NCBI GenBank assembly: GCA_013265495.1
Contig: MU057632.1
Coordinates: 852,054-916,053 of the forward strand
DNA from: Vicugna vicugna
Taxonomy: Eukaryota
Direction: 5' to 3'
DNA length: 64,000 nt
A program made the position numbers and the translations under genes. This document shows positions 40,221 through 52,649 of this stretch, one piece after another. Position 1 is the first letter of the stretch; the number at the start of each line of letters is the position of its first letter. A model generated the notes under the pieces. That model was not told the DNA's origin. It saw only the letters and a list, made by a program, of their open reading frames with translations, and ran no database searches.

Positions 40221-40645
40221 ATTTTTTGTTGAAGTGTACTTGATTTACAATGTCAGTTTCAGGTGTACAGCAAAGTGATTCAGCTATACATGTACATACA
40301 TAGACTTTTTTCCTTTCAGATTCCTTTCCATTACATGTTATTATGAGAAATTAAATATAGTTCCTGTATTATACAGTAGGCCCTTGTTGTTTATCTCCTT
40401 TATACATAGTAATGTATGTCTGTTCATCTCAATCCCCTAATTTATCCCTCCCCACCCTCTCCCCTTGAGTAACTATTGTTTGTTTTCTGTGTCCAGGAGT
40501 CTGTTTTTGGTTTGTACTTTGTATATCTTTTTCCATTGGGTGATTCTCTCACATTCATTGTAATATTAGAATTTGTATCTTTTTTTAGATTCCAAATATC
40601 GCATATCATATGATATCTGTCTTTCTCTGACTTACTTCACTCAAT
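40221..40645 (-). mobile_element. L1 3' end fragment
   Basis: Same motifs as neighbouring copies. Confidence 0.82.
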
Positions 40646-40787
40646 AAATCACCAATGTATCTAATGAAAGTGCTACATTCACATTTGCTAATAACTATAC
40701 AAGCCAATTCAGCATAAAAATAAACCAAGGATAAAATTATGAGTAGCAAGAAGAGTACATATATATTAAGTAGGCACCTGGTGCCAG

Positions 40788-41141
40788 TGCTTTGGGCTGA
40801 ATGTCTGTGTCCCCCCCAGATTCATATACTGAAATCTTACCCTCCTAAAATGACCGCAGTGGGAGGTGGGACCTTCGGGAGGTGCTGAGGTCATGAGGGT
40901 GAAGCCCTCATGAGTGGGATCTGTGCTCTGATCAAAGACACCCCAGAGAGCCCCCAGCCCCTTCTCCCACATGAGGACACAGCTGTGAATCAGGAAGGAG
41001 GCCTTCACGAGGACAAGATCATGCTGGCACCTTGACCTTGGACTCCCCAGCCTCCACAGCTGTGACAAATTAAACGTCTGTTGTTTGCAAGCTACCTATT
41101 CTGTAGTGTTTTGGGTTACAGCAGTCCAAACAGACAAACAG
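40788..41141 (+). mobile_element. MaLR LTR (MLT1A-like)
   Basis: GGGCTGAATGTCTGTGTCCCCCC...ATTCATATACTGAAATC...GGTCATGAGGGTGAAGCCCTCATG...CCAGCCTCCA. Confidence 0.82.
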
Positions 41142-41780
41142 AGCCAGGCAAGTGTTAAGTATTTCCTTTACTTATGTAACTGACAACTGCACAAGGGACA
41201 GAGTTAAAATGCAACTTTCTTGGTCTCTCGCTGCTTTCTAAATTTAATTCCATGGGAAACCCTTCCTGACTCTGAAAGTCGCAACATGGCATCTGTCTTC
41301 TCCTGGGAAGAGATCTCTACTCCAAGCATTCTTCTCTCACCCTACTGGAGCCTATAAGATGGCAAATGAGTTCTTTTACCTCTTCATTGTGTATTATGCA
41401 TAGGGGTGATTCTCTCATATTCAATGCAATATTAAATATCCATGGTACAGGCACCACAGGCAAAATCAAGACAGGAAGATGCTAATTCAGCATACTATTG
41501 TATATGCATGATCTCATTCATCGACTCAATAATCTGATGAAGCAGACACTCTTATCTCCATTGTGATAATAGGAAAGCTGAGACTAACAGCTTGTTTGGG
41601 GGTGAGGGTGGTCACAGGGTGCTGTAGAGTATCACGGCTGATTCCCAAGGAAGCCCTGAGTCAGCACTGGGGTTCGGCCATCAAGTCATTAATAAATACT
41701 ACAGATGGTAGGATTTCTAGTTGAGGTTGAAATAGGAAAATGTCTATGCCACCTTCATAGATATTAAGAATGAGATCAAT

Positions 41781-42466
41781 TATAAATTAAGAGAAAACAG
41801 GGCTGTCTGTATTAGATAATGTCCCCTATATTCCCAGAGGAAGATGTTTAACCCCAACTTCAGAAGTCTGTAAATCCCAAGTGGCCAACCAAGGCCGCAG
41901 AATGATGCCTCAGAGGAAAGAGAGGTGTACAGAGGGGTACAGAGGCAGGAAGACAGGAGGGAAGAGGGCAGGGCACAACCATGAAATGAATGACACAGCA
42001 ATTCGCACCAAGATGGCAGAAGATTCAACTCCCAGTAGACCTTGAGCTTCAATATAGGGTCACTGACATACAATAGCTGCTAAATGGCCCTCCCACAGGC
42101 GCCAGGGCAGTTTCAAGGCTGACCATAAAAGGTCAAAAAGTGGGTGACGGCCCGACTCCCGGGAATCCCAGCTCTTTCCCCAGAGCAGGTGGAATAATCC
42201 TCCCACTTGTTAACATACGAAGTTACTCAAGGCCATAAAAACCAACAACCCTGCACCTCGTGGCCTCTCTGGCCTTCTTAGATGGCTTGCGCTCTGTCTA
42301 CTGAGCATGTATCTCTCTGAATAAATCTACTTTTACTCAACTAAGGCTCACTCTTAAATTGTTTCCTGTGTGAAGCCAAGAACCCTGACTTTGAGGGGCA
42401 GGGCTCGGGCACTCGTCTGAGACCTAGGACATGGCCACCCTCTTGTGCCCCATTTTTCCTGCATCA
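41781..42466 (+). mobile_element. Probable solo ERV LTR (third family); boundaries approximate
   Basis: CATAAAA box then AATAAATCTACTTT and a U5-like end TTTTCCTGCATCA; no clear TSD. Confidence 0.55.
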
Positions 42467-42942
42467 GCAGTAAGGTCCTCATGTCACACCCGCTCCACCC
42501 CTCTCCCCGGCCCTACCACTAGTCACATTTTCTGTCATAATCTATTTTTACCATAAATAGTTTTGAGTTTCAAGTCTGTCTAATTCTGTGCCCATTGCGA
42601 TTTATGACACATTCAATAGGAGCTGGTGGAGACTCTTTCTTTAAGAAGTGGGAAAATATACATATATAATGATATCTATATTCATCCCCATCAAGAGTTA
42701 TCTGTGCACCAATTAAACATACCCATTTATATTCCTACTTAACACTTACCTGATGACTTCAGGGAAAAATACCTACATGTTCATAAAACAATACTAAGGC
42801 ATGAGAGGCAGCAAGAGTCTACTCAGCATCCGACTTTTTAAAAACCTACAGACAATATGCCACTGATAAGTAAGTGATGAGATGGTGAGCTAATCCCCTG
42901 ACACACACACATTCCAAAGATGGGTGTTTCCAGTACTCAAAT

Positions 42943-43476
42943 TGTGATAGAAAAGAACAAATCTGACTCCATATTAGATCTGTTTCTTTGGCTTTAACCC
43001 TGTGCCCTGTTTTCTAGACTTAGTCTTGCTGGCTCTGCACCTTTTGTAAAACAATGTTGCCTTTAGCCTGAAATAGACAGGAGAGCCTATTATCAAGGCT
43101 CTGACCTTTAGGGATATTAACACTTTTATACTTACATAAAGACAACAAGTTGCAGAATGGAAAATGTTTGTTTTGTTGGAGGTTTACAGTGACACCATGA
43201 TCTGACCCAGGTGGACAGCTGCAAGATCAAAGGATTCCAAGAACAAAGAATTCCTAAACCAAAAGGTCTGCAACAAGCAACTACACTCCCTCCCCTTTTC
43301 AGTATAAAAGGAGCCTGAATTCTGACTTGAGTAGGATGGTTCTTCAAGACATTAGTCTGCCATCCTCTTGGTCTGCTGGCTTTCAGAATAAAGTCATTAT
43401 TCCTTGCTCCAACACCTTGTCTCCTGATTTATCAGCCTCTCATGAGGTGAGCAGAACGAGTTTGGATTCATTAACA
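42943..43476 (+). mobile_element. Solo ERV LTR (copy 3)
   Basis: TGTGATAG...TAACA termini, TATAAAA and AATAAA; colinear with copies 1 and 2. Confidence 0.87.
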
Positions 43477-43921
43477 AAAACTCCAGTTTTGAGCTGCAGT
43501 ATTAATCATGACAATGAGCTTGCTTAATTGTTCCCAAGTGTCGTATATGATTGTTGGGGCATAAAAATATTAGAGACAGAGATAGAGAGAGATGGAGAGA
43601 GAAGGAGGGAGGAAAAGGAGGGATCCTCATGCAAGCAGTTGGCAGTAGAGAAGATGAGGAAGTGAAGCAATTTTTTAAAAAATAAAACAATATTAATTAC
43701 ATAATTTAGCAATTATAAAACAAGACCCTAAACTGTAAAAATAGTCACTTCAACACTCAAATTCATTAAGAAACACACAAGGACGCCAACACTACCACAA
43801 AGATGATCACCACCACCACCACTGAATCTAGGGCCATGGCCAGTTTAAATCTTAGCAGCAAAATGTGGAGAAGCTTCAAAGCAAACACACGATTTTAATA
43901 TGAAATCGAAGTATTTTCTAG

Positions 43922-44072
43922 ACCAGTGTTAACCAAAGGCACTTTGTGCAGTGATCACTCTTGAGCACGGGAACTGTGGCTAGTGGGACTGGGGTGCTGA
44001 ATGTTTAAGTTTATTTCATTTTAATTAATTTAAATGTCTACATAGAGCTATGGTATTGTATAGTGCAGGTTT
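43922..44072. mobile_element. MER3-like hAT DNA transposon relic
   Basis: ACTTTGTGCAGTGAT...ATTTCATTTTAATTAATTTAAAT...GTATTGTATAGTGCAG. Confidence 0.5.
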
Positions 44073-44549
44073 GGACAGAAAACAAGTCAGCCCATCACAA
44101 AATGCTCCAAAGTCTTTAGGGATCTAATAGGTAAAATGAAGTCTGTACCCCAAAGTTACTACCAAAACATGATACATAACATCTGAACGACATAAACTTT
44201 GTGACATAACTTCTTAACAAGTTGTAAGAAAGATTCACTTAAAACTTGAAAAATGCTACCTCTGTGACAGGAGTATTACACCACTGGAGTGTAAAAAAGG
44301 GCACATTTCCCTTTACCAGGCAGATAAATCCACCCCCAAAGCATAACTTAAAAAACACAAGGCTGCATACTGAATTTCCTAGAGTGACAGGAGTCAAAAT
44401 CATTAAGAACGCCTGTAACCCAAATTAGGAGACTGCGGCTACGTTTTTAAATCCCACACCCAAAAACAGAACAAAACAAAACCAGCTAAAACTTTCTATT
44501 CTCTGCGAGGCTGAGTGTAGCAGTTCAGGTCCCATTCCGTCCCCCAACG

Positions 44550-44792
44550 TCTACTGAGATATAATTGACATACAGCTCTGTGGCAGTTTACGCCACCTAA
44601 TGACCTGACATACAGATAACGCTAAATGACTACCACAGTAGGTTTAGTCAACACCCCTGCCCTCAACCAGTTGCAAATAACGATGGTTATGATAATCATT
44701 TCCTTGTGACGAGAACGGCTGGGATTTACTGTCAGCGAGTTTCTAGTACAACGTAGGGCAGCGTTAACTACAGTCGCGATCCTCACGTTGTA
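44550..44792 (-). mobile_element. Old L1MA-type 3' end, GC-shifted
   Basis: Colinear with 55780-56010 (GAGATATAATTGACATAC...TTCCTTGTGACGAGAAC...TTAACTACAGTC). Confidence 0.68.
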
Positions 44793-44839
44793 GGTTACAA
44801 GCCTGCGCTTCTAAACCCTTGAACTTGGACACCTGGGCT

Positions 44840-45810
44840 CCTGGCGCACGTGCTCCCCCGGAGCCCGTCATAAGCGCCCGGGAGCCCCGCACAGGCGCGT
44901 CTCGGGTCCCGGCACACGCGCGCCCCCGAGCCCGCCGGCGCCCCTCACCTTTCTCGCTGACGCTCTCGCTCTCCAGCTCCACGTCCTCGCAGCTCGTGTA
45001 CTCCGGCGTGGACACACCCTCCTCCTCCGAGCTGCTCACCGACATCTGGCGCTTCTTGCCGCCCCTCTTCGCGCGGTGCGGCTTGGGCGGCGACGGCCGC
45101 ACGGACTCGGACTGGTCGGAGCTCAGCGAGTCGTTCCGCAGCAGGGTCTCCACCTTCTCGCGCTTGGCCTTGCGCACCAGGACGGCCGCGCCGGGGTCCA
45201 GGCGGCTCTGCTTCCGGAGCGGCTCCGGGGCCCTGGGCTCCGCGGCGTCGGCGGGGGCCCCGGGCCCGGGCGCCGGCGGGCCGGGGTTGGCGAGCGGCCT
45301 GGCGCCGGNNNNNNNNNNNNNNNNNNNNNNNNNNNNNNNNNNNNNNNNNNNNNNNNNNNNNNNNNNNNNNNNNNNNNNNGCTGGCGCGCGCGGGCCGGCC
45401 TGGCCCTCGGGCCCCGCGGCGGCCGCCTCCGTGCGCGGCAGGGCCACGTCGCTGTGCCGCCGCTCGTGCCGCGCCCGGGACACCCGCGCGTGGATGCGCA
45501 TCTGCTGCTCCTCGGGCGGCGGCTTCACCGGGTACCGCGCCAGGTTCGGGTCGCTGCGGTACCGGGTCTGGTACTCCTCCTCCTTCCTTTGCTTCTCGTC
45601 TTCCGCCGCCGGGCCGGCCTCTCGCTTCTCCGACACGTCGGGGTAGTCCTGGGACCGGCCTTTCTCGAGCCTTCGGCTTTCCCGCCTTTCTTTCCGCTCC
45701 CGCTCTTCCGCGGCCCCCTCCCCTGGCTGCGCCGAGGGCTTGGGCGCACGTTTCCGCTCGCTTTTTGGGGCCCCTTTGCCATTCTGCTCCGAAAGCCCCG
45801 GCGTCTTCTT
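44840..45810. promoter_or_regulatory. Intragenic CpG island over the large RIMS1 exon
   Basis: Very high GC and dense CpG in an otherwise AT-rich, CpG-depleted window. Confidence 0.9.
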
Positions 45811-45811
45811 C
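44949..45811 (-). CDS. RIMS1: RIMS1 large coding exon, 863 nt including gap, (R)KKTPGLSEQNGK...RRHSDVALP...ESESVSEK(G); linker between zinc finger and PDZ
   Basis: catcccag|GAAGAAGACG...GAGAAAG|gtgagg; phase 2 in, phase 1 out; recognisable motifs YRSDPNLARYPVKP and LRNDSLSSDQSESVRP. Confidence 0.96.
45309..45379. other. Assembly gap, 71 N
   Basis: Run of N at the most GC-rich part of the exon. Confidence 0.99.
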
Positions 45812-47376
45812 CTGGGATGTACAAAGGGGGCGTCAGGCAGGAGGGCAGACTCAAGAAGCACTGTTTCCCCCCATTCCAGATTTAAATCCATTGGAATAAT
45901 TAGTGATCTTTCGAGGTCTAATTAAAAAGCGAGAAATAAACAACCACATTCAACCTACGTGAGTAGCTTTCCAAATAAGGGTCTTTTGCATGATCATCTT
46001 TTCAGGGGCTCCGCAACTGGTTTCACGTTTTAAACTCTCTATGAATTAACTATATCAATTTTTAAAAAACTATAAAGGGATTTAGTAAGTGAACAAGTTT
46101 TCTGCTGACCTCTGAATCAAAGACTTAAAAAATGCTTTAGATAAAAATAATAAAGGAGCAAAACATAATGTATACACAAGTTAAAAACTCAGTATAGACT
46201 AGACTTTTATTTGGACAATATGTATTAAAAATACCTTACTATAACTGCAACTTTTAAAGAAACGTGAACACAAGTATGTCCATCACAGAAAACGCGAACA
46301 GCATTCCTTCAATAGAACAAAAGCGCTTTTAAAGAGGTCATGTGCAGCCAAACACTTTTTAGGGAGTCGGTTAGGGAAAAACATTGACTGAATCTTAGCC
46401 TTCGTGTTTACCTTCCCCAGGCAAAAATAACAGAAATAGTGAAATTTTTGGCAGGATGACTCATTTTTCCTCCCTCCCTGGTCCATTCCCTCATTTCAGA
46501 ACACAGTCCGAAAGAAGAAAACAGGTTTGCATTCAACTTTTCTCTCCATCCTGTGGAAGGCGCTGGCAAAGATAAAAGTGAAGGAGGAGGAGTCGGCAGT
46601 CTTTGACTCTTGTGGATGTATTGTTTAATTGCCCTTTTTCTGTACACTGCAGTACATCTGATTTGGGAACAGTCCAGCAGCTGTACCAAAAGTTACAAAA
46701 AGGGGATGGCTGAGTGGAGCTTTCTGACACTACGTGGTCTACTCTGCCATTAAAATGGAGGCCACCTGTGGCTCTTTTTGGAATCCTAGGATCCCTAAAG
46801 AGGGCTTTCCAGTGAATCGAGAATAATATAAAAATTGGGAAAAGTAGGGCAATTTCTACTGCGGGTTACAAAGTAGTAGTTGCTAAGATACATCGTGGGG
46901 TTGGTTTGAGGAGGGCTCAGTGATGATGGAAAGAAGGGAAAAGGGCTTCAAATGGCAGAGAAAAGCAAAATAAAAGCCTGGCCAGTTCTGCTGGAGGCAT
47001 TTCGGTCCCTTGGAAGTGGAAGGGAATTTGTGGGAGGGCGGCATTGCCAGGGTAGCTTCGCAGTTTTACAAGGTAAGGGGACTAGTATGAATACAGTTAG
47101 TCGTCATCCAATACCGATTTCATAAGCATGTGCTGACGGACTGCAAACCTTTAGTAGCTCCTGAAGGAACAGCTGTGCTTGTTGGAAGTTTGTATTGAGA
47201 CAAATTACTTTTTTTTGAAATGCTGATAAATAACACTTACCTTGCAGAGTTCACGTGAGGACTAAAGGAGACACTGAGAAAATGCTTTAGGGAAGGATAG
47301 AGCATTATGCAAATAGGTTTTCCCCAGTCTCTGATTCTTTGCTTCACTGAATAGGCCTTTTCTCACCTCTACCTTT

Positions 47377-47532
47377 TGGTCTTTGTTTTTGAAAATAATT
47401 AATTAATTTGTGGGGAGTTAATTAGGTTCATTTATTTATTTATTTTTTAATGGAGGGACTGGGGATTGAACTCAGGATCTTGTGCATGCGAAGCACATGC
47501 TTTACCACTGAGGTAGCTACACACCCTCCCCC
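47377..47532 (-). mobile_element. Vic-1-like SINE
   Basis: Reverse tRNA-like head; TSD CTCAC(C/T)TCTACCTTT at 47362-47376 and 47533-47547. Confidence 0.88.
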
Positions 47533-49454
47533 CTCACTTCTACCTTTAATTGTTCCATTTCCATTAGCTCCTGACGAGTGTACAAAATCTGATCAAGAAT
47601 TCTTCAAGAATTTGAAACAGACAGCCATTCCTTTGGTCTTGCTTCTTTCTCTGAACCTGCCCAATGCTTCCTGCCACCTGCTCTTTCTTTTCCTTCTACA
47701 CCCCCAGGGATCTCATTGTTTTCTGAAGTATTTACATAATCAGTAAGTAATTTACAGAATCAGAAAGGGCATTTGCCCTGATCAGTCTTTTCCAATGTCA
47801 TCAAAAAAACCTCTTCCCAGTCCTTATTCTTGAATTCTTTGCAGTTTTTCTTTTTAACTGTGTATCCTAAACAGGACTCATATTTTCTCTTTAGAAACAT
47901 TAGGGTCCCAAATTCTTTATCTTATTTAAAGATACCATTTTCTGACCCATTGCAAACTTCACCTTCGACATAATTGTCTCTTCTTAACTCAGGACAGTTT
48001 GTCGGCAAGAGCTCTAAGTCCTGCCATCACTGAGGTAACTCTGGTGGGCTTCTGTCTTCCCTCCACACGGTGGAAGTACACTGCTTCCTTCTTGTAACGT
48101 CCTCTCCTCCTCTATCCCCCCACTGCACAACTCCGGGGTGGGCAGGGGGGCTCCTAGAAAGCTTCATTCTGAAGGCACTCCTGTCTCCTGTGGCTTCCAA
48201 AGGACTAATTTTTGTACTTTTTTTTTTTTTTACCTTTGATCATATCAGCCTTCTGGGACAGTTCACTGCCCACTCAGGGCTCTGTCCTCCCTCGGAGACG
48301 ATGTGGTCTCTTTCCAAGGATCAGTGGGAACAGGGACCATGTCCAAGTCGTCTTTATACCCTGTGGCTCCTGGCAGCATTGGCTGACAGTAAACACGTGG
48401 TGACTACTGGCTGCCTTCACTCGTGGCCTCCCACATTCTCATTCAACCCCTGCAAGGTGGGTCATTACTGCCTATTACAGTGACAGCCAGGACTGGAATT
48501 GAGACCTGTTTAACTTTGAAGTCTTTGACCTTACTGTACGGGTTTTGTTTGAAAAAGGAGAGAAGCCTTCTTCGGATCCTACCCTCCCACCTAGGGGAAT
48601 ATATAAGGGCCGCACAGACAAAGGCAGCACGCCTTGTGCTGACAGTCGGGTCCCCCAGACTCCCAGCTGCAGGGGAAAATGGACCATGTCTTCCTTGTTA
48701 ACACTGTCCCCGAGAGCACAGCATCCTGTCTGGTCATCAGTGCATTTTTGAATGAACGAATCAATCAATCAATCAACAAATTGAAGTAAATTATCTGATT
48801 GTTTTAGGTCCTGACTTTCCATCATTTCTAGGATAAAGTCTATAAAGTGTAACCTGGCTAAAAGGCCCAGTGTGACCAGGTGTTGATCCCTTACAGGCCC
48901 TTCCTCCCCTTCTGAGACTCACTCTCTAGCCAGTGGGCATACTTTAGGGTCTCCCACCAGCCTGGTTCCTTCAGGGCACATCGCTGTGCCCACCCCTGGG
49001 TCACCCATCCCACCTTTCACCTGGCTCATTCCTAGTCACTCAAAGCTCAGCGCAAAGAAATGTCCTCCAAGGAGGCTTTGCTGAGGTACCCATGCACCTT
49101 CCAGTGGGTCAGTATCCTCCATCCTCCTCGCACAGAGCACACACACGGCTCATTCGAACAGTGAACAGATGCAAGAGCTTTTCACGTCCAGGGTTGGACG
49201 CTAGTAGCTCTGTTGGGTGACTTAGTCAATGACCTGTTCACGTCTGTGCATGAGTTTAAAGAACAGCTCCTCATCAAAGGTCTCCTAAAGAATGACACAT
49301 TCTGGACCGAGTCAAAGCACTCCGGGGGCCCCCTGCTGCCTCCTTGGGGGGCCTGAGAGGTACTACTCCTCTTACCAGCAGTTACATTCCTGAAAATAGC
49401 TTAGCTCTCCATCCATGACTTTGTCTTTTGCTTACCAGGTTAACAACCTCTTAC

Positions 49455-49795
49455 CTCTCTCTGGGAGGCTCACTTCTAGACCTGGAAGACGCCTGCTTCT
49501 GTTCCGGCCCCACAGCTGGCTGGGAGGGCTCAGCCCCTTTGCTCCTGTCTGGCTGTGCACTGGGGGCAGCCGGCTCCTGGGAGGGGGTGGCGGCTGTGCT
49601 CAGGGGGGTCTGAGACCGCGATCGCTCCTGCAGCCGGGCTCTCTTTTCTCTGGGTACCTCTGAACCAGGACCCGTGGCTGTATCGCTGAGGGTTCCATCC
49701 TGACTCGGCTGCTGAGGGCCGCTTCCAAAGAACCACGCCCCAGATTTGGTTAAGATTTCTTGTTGCTTTCGACACAAATTGCATACCCACATAAC
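49455..49795 (-). CDS. RIMS1: RIMS1 coding exon, 341 nt, VMWVCNLCRKQQEILTKSGAWFF...RSRSEPPRE(R); end of zinc finger and SGAWFF Rab3-binding motif
   Basis: cttcaaatag|GTTATGTGG...GAGAG|gtaaga; phase 0 in, phase 2 out; CxxC and SGAWFF motifs. Confidence 0.97.
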
Positions 49796-50133
49796 CTATT
49801 TGAAGAAGAGAGAACGCTATCAGTTGTCTGTGCTGTTCGGAAAGGATTTCTTTTCATCACACTAAAATCATCATACACTTATGGCAACAAGGAAGGGTTG
49901 TCATCTGTCTATGCATCCTTCAAATTTCTTGTGAAAATGATCTTTGCACAAGTCTTGGTCAACTATTAGGAATTCCTGGACCCAGCCCCAACTGAAACCA
50001 GAGCCTTCTGGCAACCTGAATAGAGCTTTTTCTTGCTATTTATAATTCTCTGATTTTGAATTTCCTTTTACCATGTACCCATCACATTTTGTAGGACTGA
50101 CTCTGAAGTTTCATTTAAGATTTTTGCTAAAAT

Positions 50134-50259
50134 GGGGGGAGGAAGGTATAGCTCGGTGGTAGAGTATGTGCTTAGCATGCACAAGGTCCTGAGTTCAATC
50201 CCCAGTATCTCCATTAAAATAAACAAATAAATAAACCAATTACCCCCCAAATAAAAAAT
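50134..50259 (+). mobile_element. Vic-1-like SINE
   Basis: GGTATAGCTCGGTGGTAGAG...GAGTTCAATCCCCAG, AAAT-rich tail. Confidence 0.87.
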
Positions 50260-52619
50260 ATATATTATGTTAGTAAAAATGGCCTAAGTGGGGTAGTTGA
50301 CTGATTAGAAGAATGTCCTAAGGAGCCACAGAATTAATAGTTATATCCATAAACCTCAGTGTGTCAGAGGACTCAGAAGAGATCTGTCTTCTCAAAAACT
50401 CATACATTATTAAAATTAATATTACAAGGTAATCACATGGAACAAACAATAAAAGGCACCCACAAAAAAGGTCAAGCTGTGTATTTTCTCCAGTTTACTA
50501 GTAATCAACTAACCTGAGGTTTACTTTATGCTATAAAATATAATTTCCACACGTTTATAAAGCCATCAGTCTAAGACTGGGTTATTCATGTGTGACTACT
50601 CTGATACTGTTTCCACTATTCCTGGGAACACACGTCACTTTTTCTCTGTACTTCAGAACCAGCATCTCCAGGAAAGGCTGATTCCCAAACATCAGGCTCT
50701 CATTTTCACTAATGCTGACTCAACTGTTACACAGAAATATCTCAGAAGGATGAATAAATCCTAGATACACTAGGTGAGAATGTAAGAGAGTAAAAGAAGT
50801 GCTGTTTAGCTGGCAAAAAAAACGTACTACTGAAAACGCGCAGACAGGTGGGAGGAAAACTAACCTGTAGCTGTTCGTAAGAACACGTAAAAGTTAAAGT
50901 GAGAATAAGAAAAAGGGAGACGCGTACTGTATTTTTTTATAAAGGAAAATACTGCAGAAGAATTGTTAAGAACTACTTCTTCCTGAGCAAGAAAATTCCA
51001 ATGAATTAATAATACAGGGAGAACTAAAGACTTAACAGAGATATGTACTATGAAATGTTCAAGGTCAGCGAAGCTTAACTCACTGCTCTATGTATCCTGA
51101 GGTCATCAACGGAAGAGAACTAGGTCCACAGAAGCAGCTGGTTATAGTATCTGCACAATGTGTTGTGTCTGCTGTCACAGAATGCCGCTGATACAATGTA
51201 TTGTGTCCTACTAAGACGTTAAACAAGACGAACAATGCATTGCACATGCCTCTATCAAAATAGCAGATCCATGGAATGTTTAAATGGGAATTTAAAATGC
51301 TTGCCAATATGGCCATATTTTGCACAATGTTAACACAATAACAGTGTTGTATGGGTGATACCCTAGGGCCAGGACTTCCATGAACAGTGACACTGAGTCT
51401 CCTTTATCCAGACCCTGAATGGGGACAGGTGATGTCCTGCCTCTTTGGTTGACAAGACAGTGATGAGAGGGTCCAAATTCAAAGGAGTTCAAAGAGATTG
51501 GTATGAAACTTTGACCACTTTACATCAACTAAGTAGACATTAAACTTGTATTTATTACAGTAATAATCAGCAAAATCTTATCATCAAATTAGGACCTTTT
51601 CTACAAAAATATTAAACCATATTTAGTATAAGTACGCATTTCCTTTAAATCCATAGAGAAAAACATAATGAAACTTACAATTACTACAAAACTTCCAAAG
51701 TAGAGTTAAGGTGAATAAAGTGGCAGATAAAAGCAGAAAGGAGACTTCACTGCACATTTGAATATTTTTCTGGAAAATGGTTATCACAGTCTTACTTTGA
51801 TGGCTTCACATTTTTAAATGTTATAAAAATGGGCCAATGAAAAGTAATTGCCAGATTTGGACAAGTTCCAAATTTTGAATATGTGCAGACTTGCTGCAGG
51901 ATTGATGAAAGCAAACAAAATCTAGTTATTATTAATTGCAATTAAATTTTACAATTCATTTCAATTTAAATTTATTCAAAAGGTCACAGTTAGTGGGTAA
52001 GTAGAAGCAGCTACTTTATTATTTTAAAACTATCATTTATACATTTAAACCTGTGATGTTTCATTAATTTTGTCAATTTTTAACACTTAGGAAAATAATC
52101 ATTTAATGCCAATTTTTCCTGCATCTTATTTCTTCATGTACCATAACATTTTTAGGTTTGTATTTCAAAATTAATTAAGAGTGTGGTCAGTCTAACCTAT
52201 AATTTGAAAGCAAAATTAACTATAAACAAGTTAAAATAGTTTTCATTAAAATGCTGTCTCCCAGTATCTATTATTAGTTGTATAAATTACTCTTCCCACA
52301 AAGTTTAGAAATAAAAAAGAAATTGCTTATGTGAGTTGCAAAGGAAACTATGTGAGATTGTAATAGAATACTGCTCTATTCAGTTCACATCAAACATCGC
52401 AGACATGTATAAAAAGTTAGCCAATTAGTCGCTAAGAAGCAGCACAGTTATGTGTGCTTAAAGATTCTGTTTTTAAATTTAATATTAAGTATTATGCTTG
52501 CCTGGAACTATAGAAATCCACAAGTGGGTTGGGGAGTTTTTCTTAACTGATTTTTTTTTCAAGGAGGATAAGACATACCTATTTCTACCATAAAAAAAAA
52601 AGTACTGTTTATTTAAAGC

Positions 52620-52649
52620 GCACACACAAACACACACACACACACACAC
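52620..52649. repeat. (CA)n microsatellite
   Basis: Directly visible. Confidence 0.93.

Noticed and set aside
44819..45885. Long plus-strand ORFs (275 and 269 aa)
   Set aside because: Antisense shadows of the very GC-rich RIMS1 exon, where stop codons are rare; both also run through the N gap
44764..45891. 375-aa ORF as a single-exon gene
   Set aside because: Only 44949-45811 is bounded by splice sites and matches RIM1; the flanks are intronic read-through
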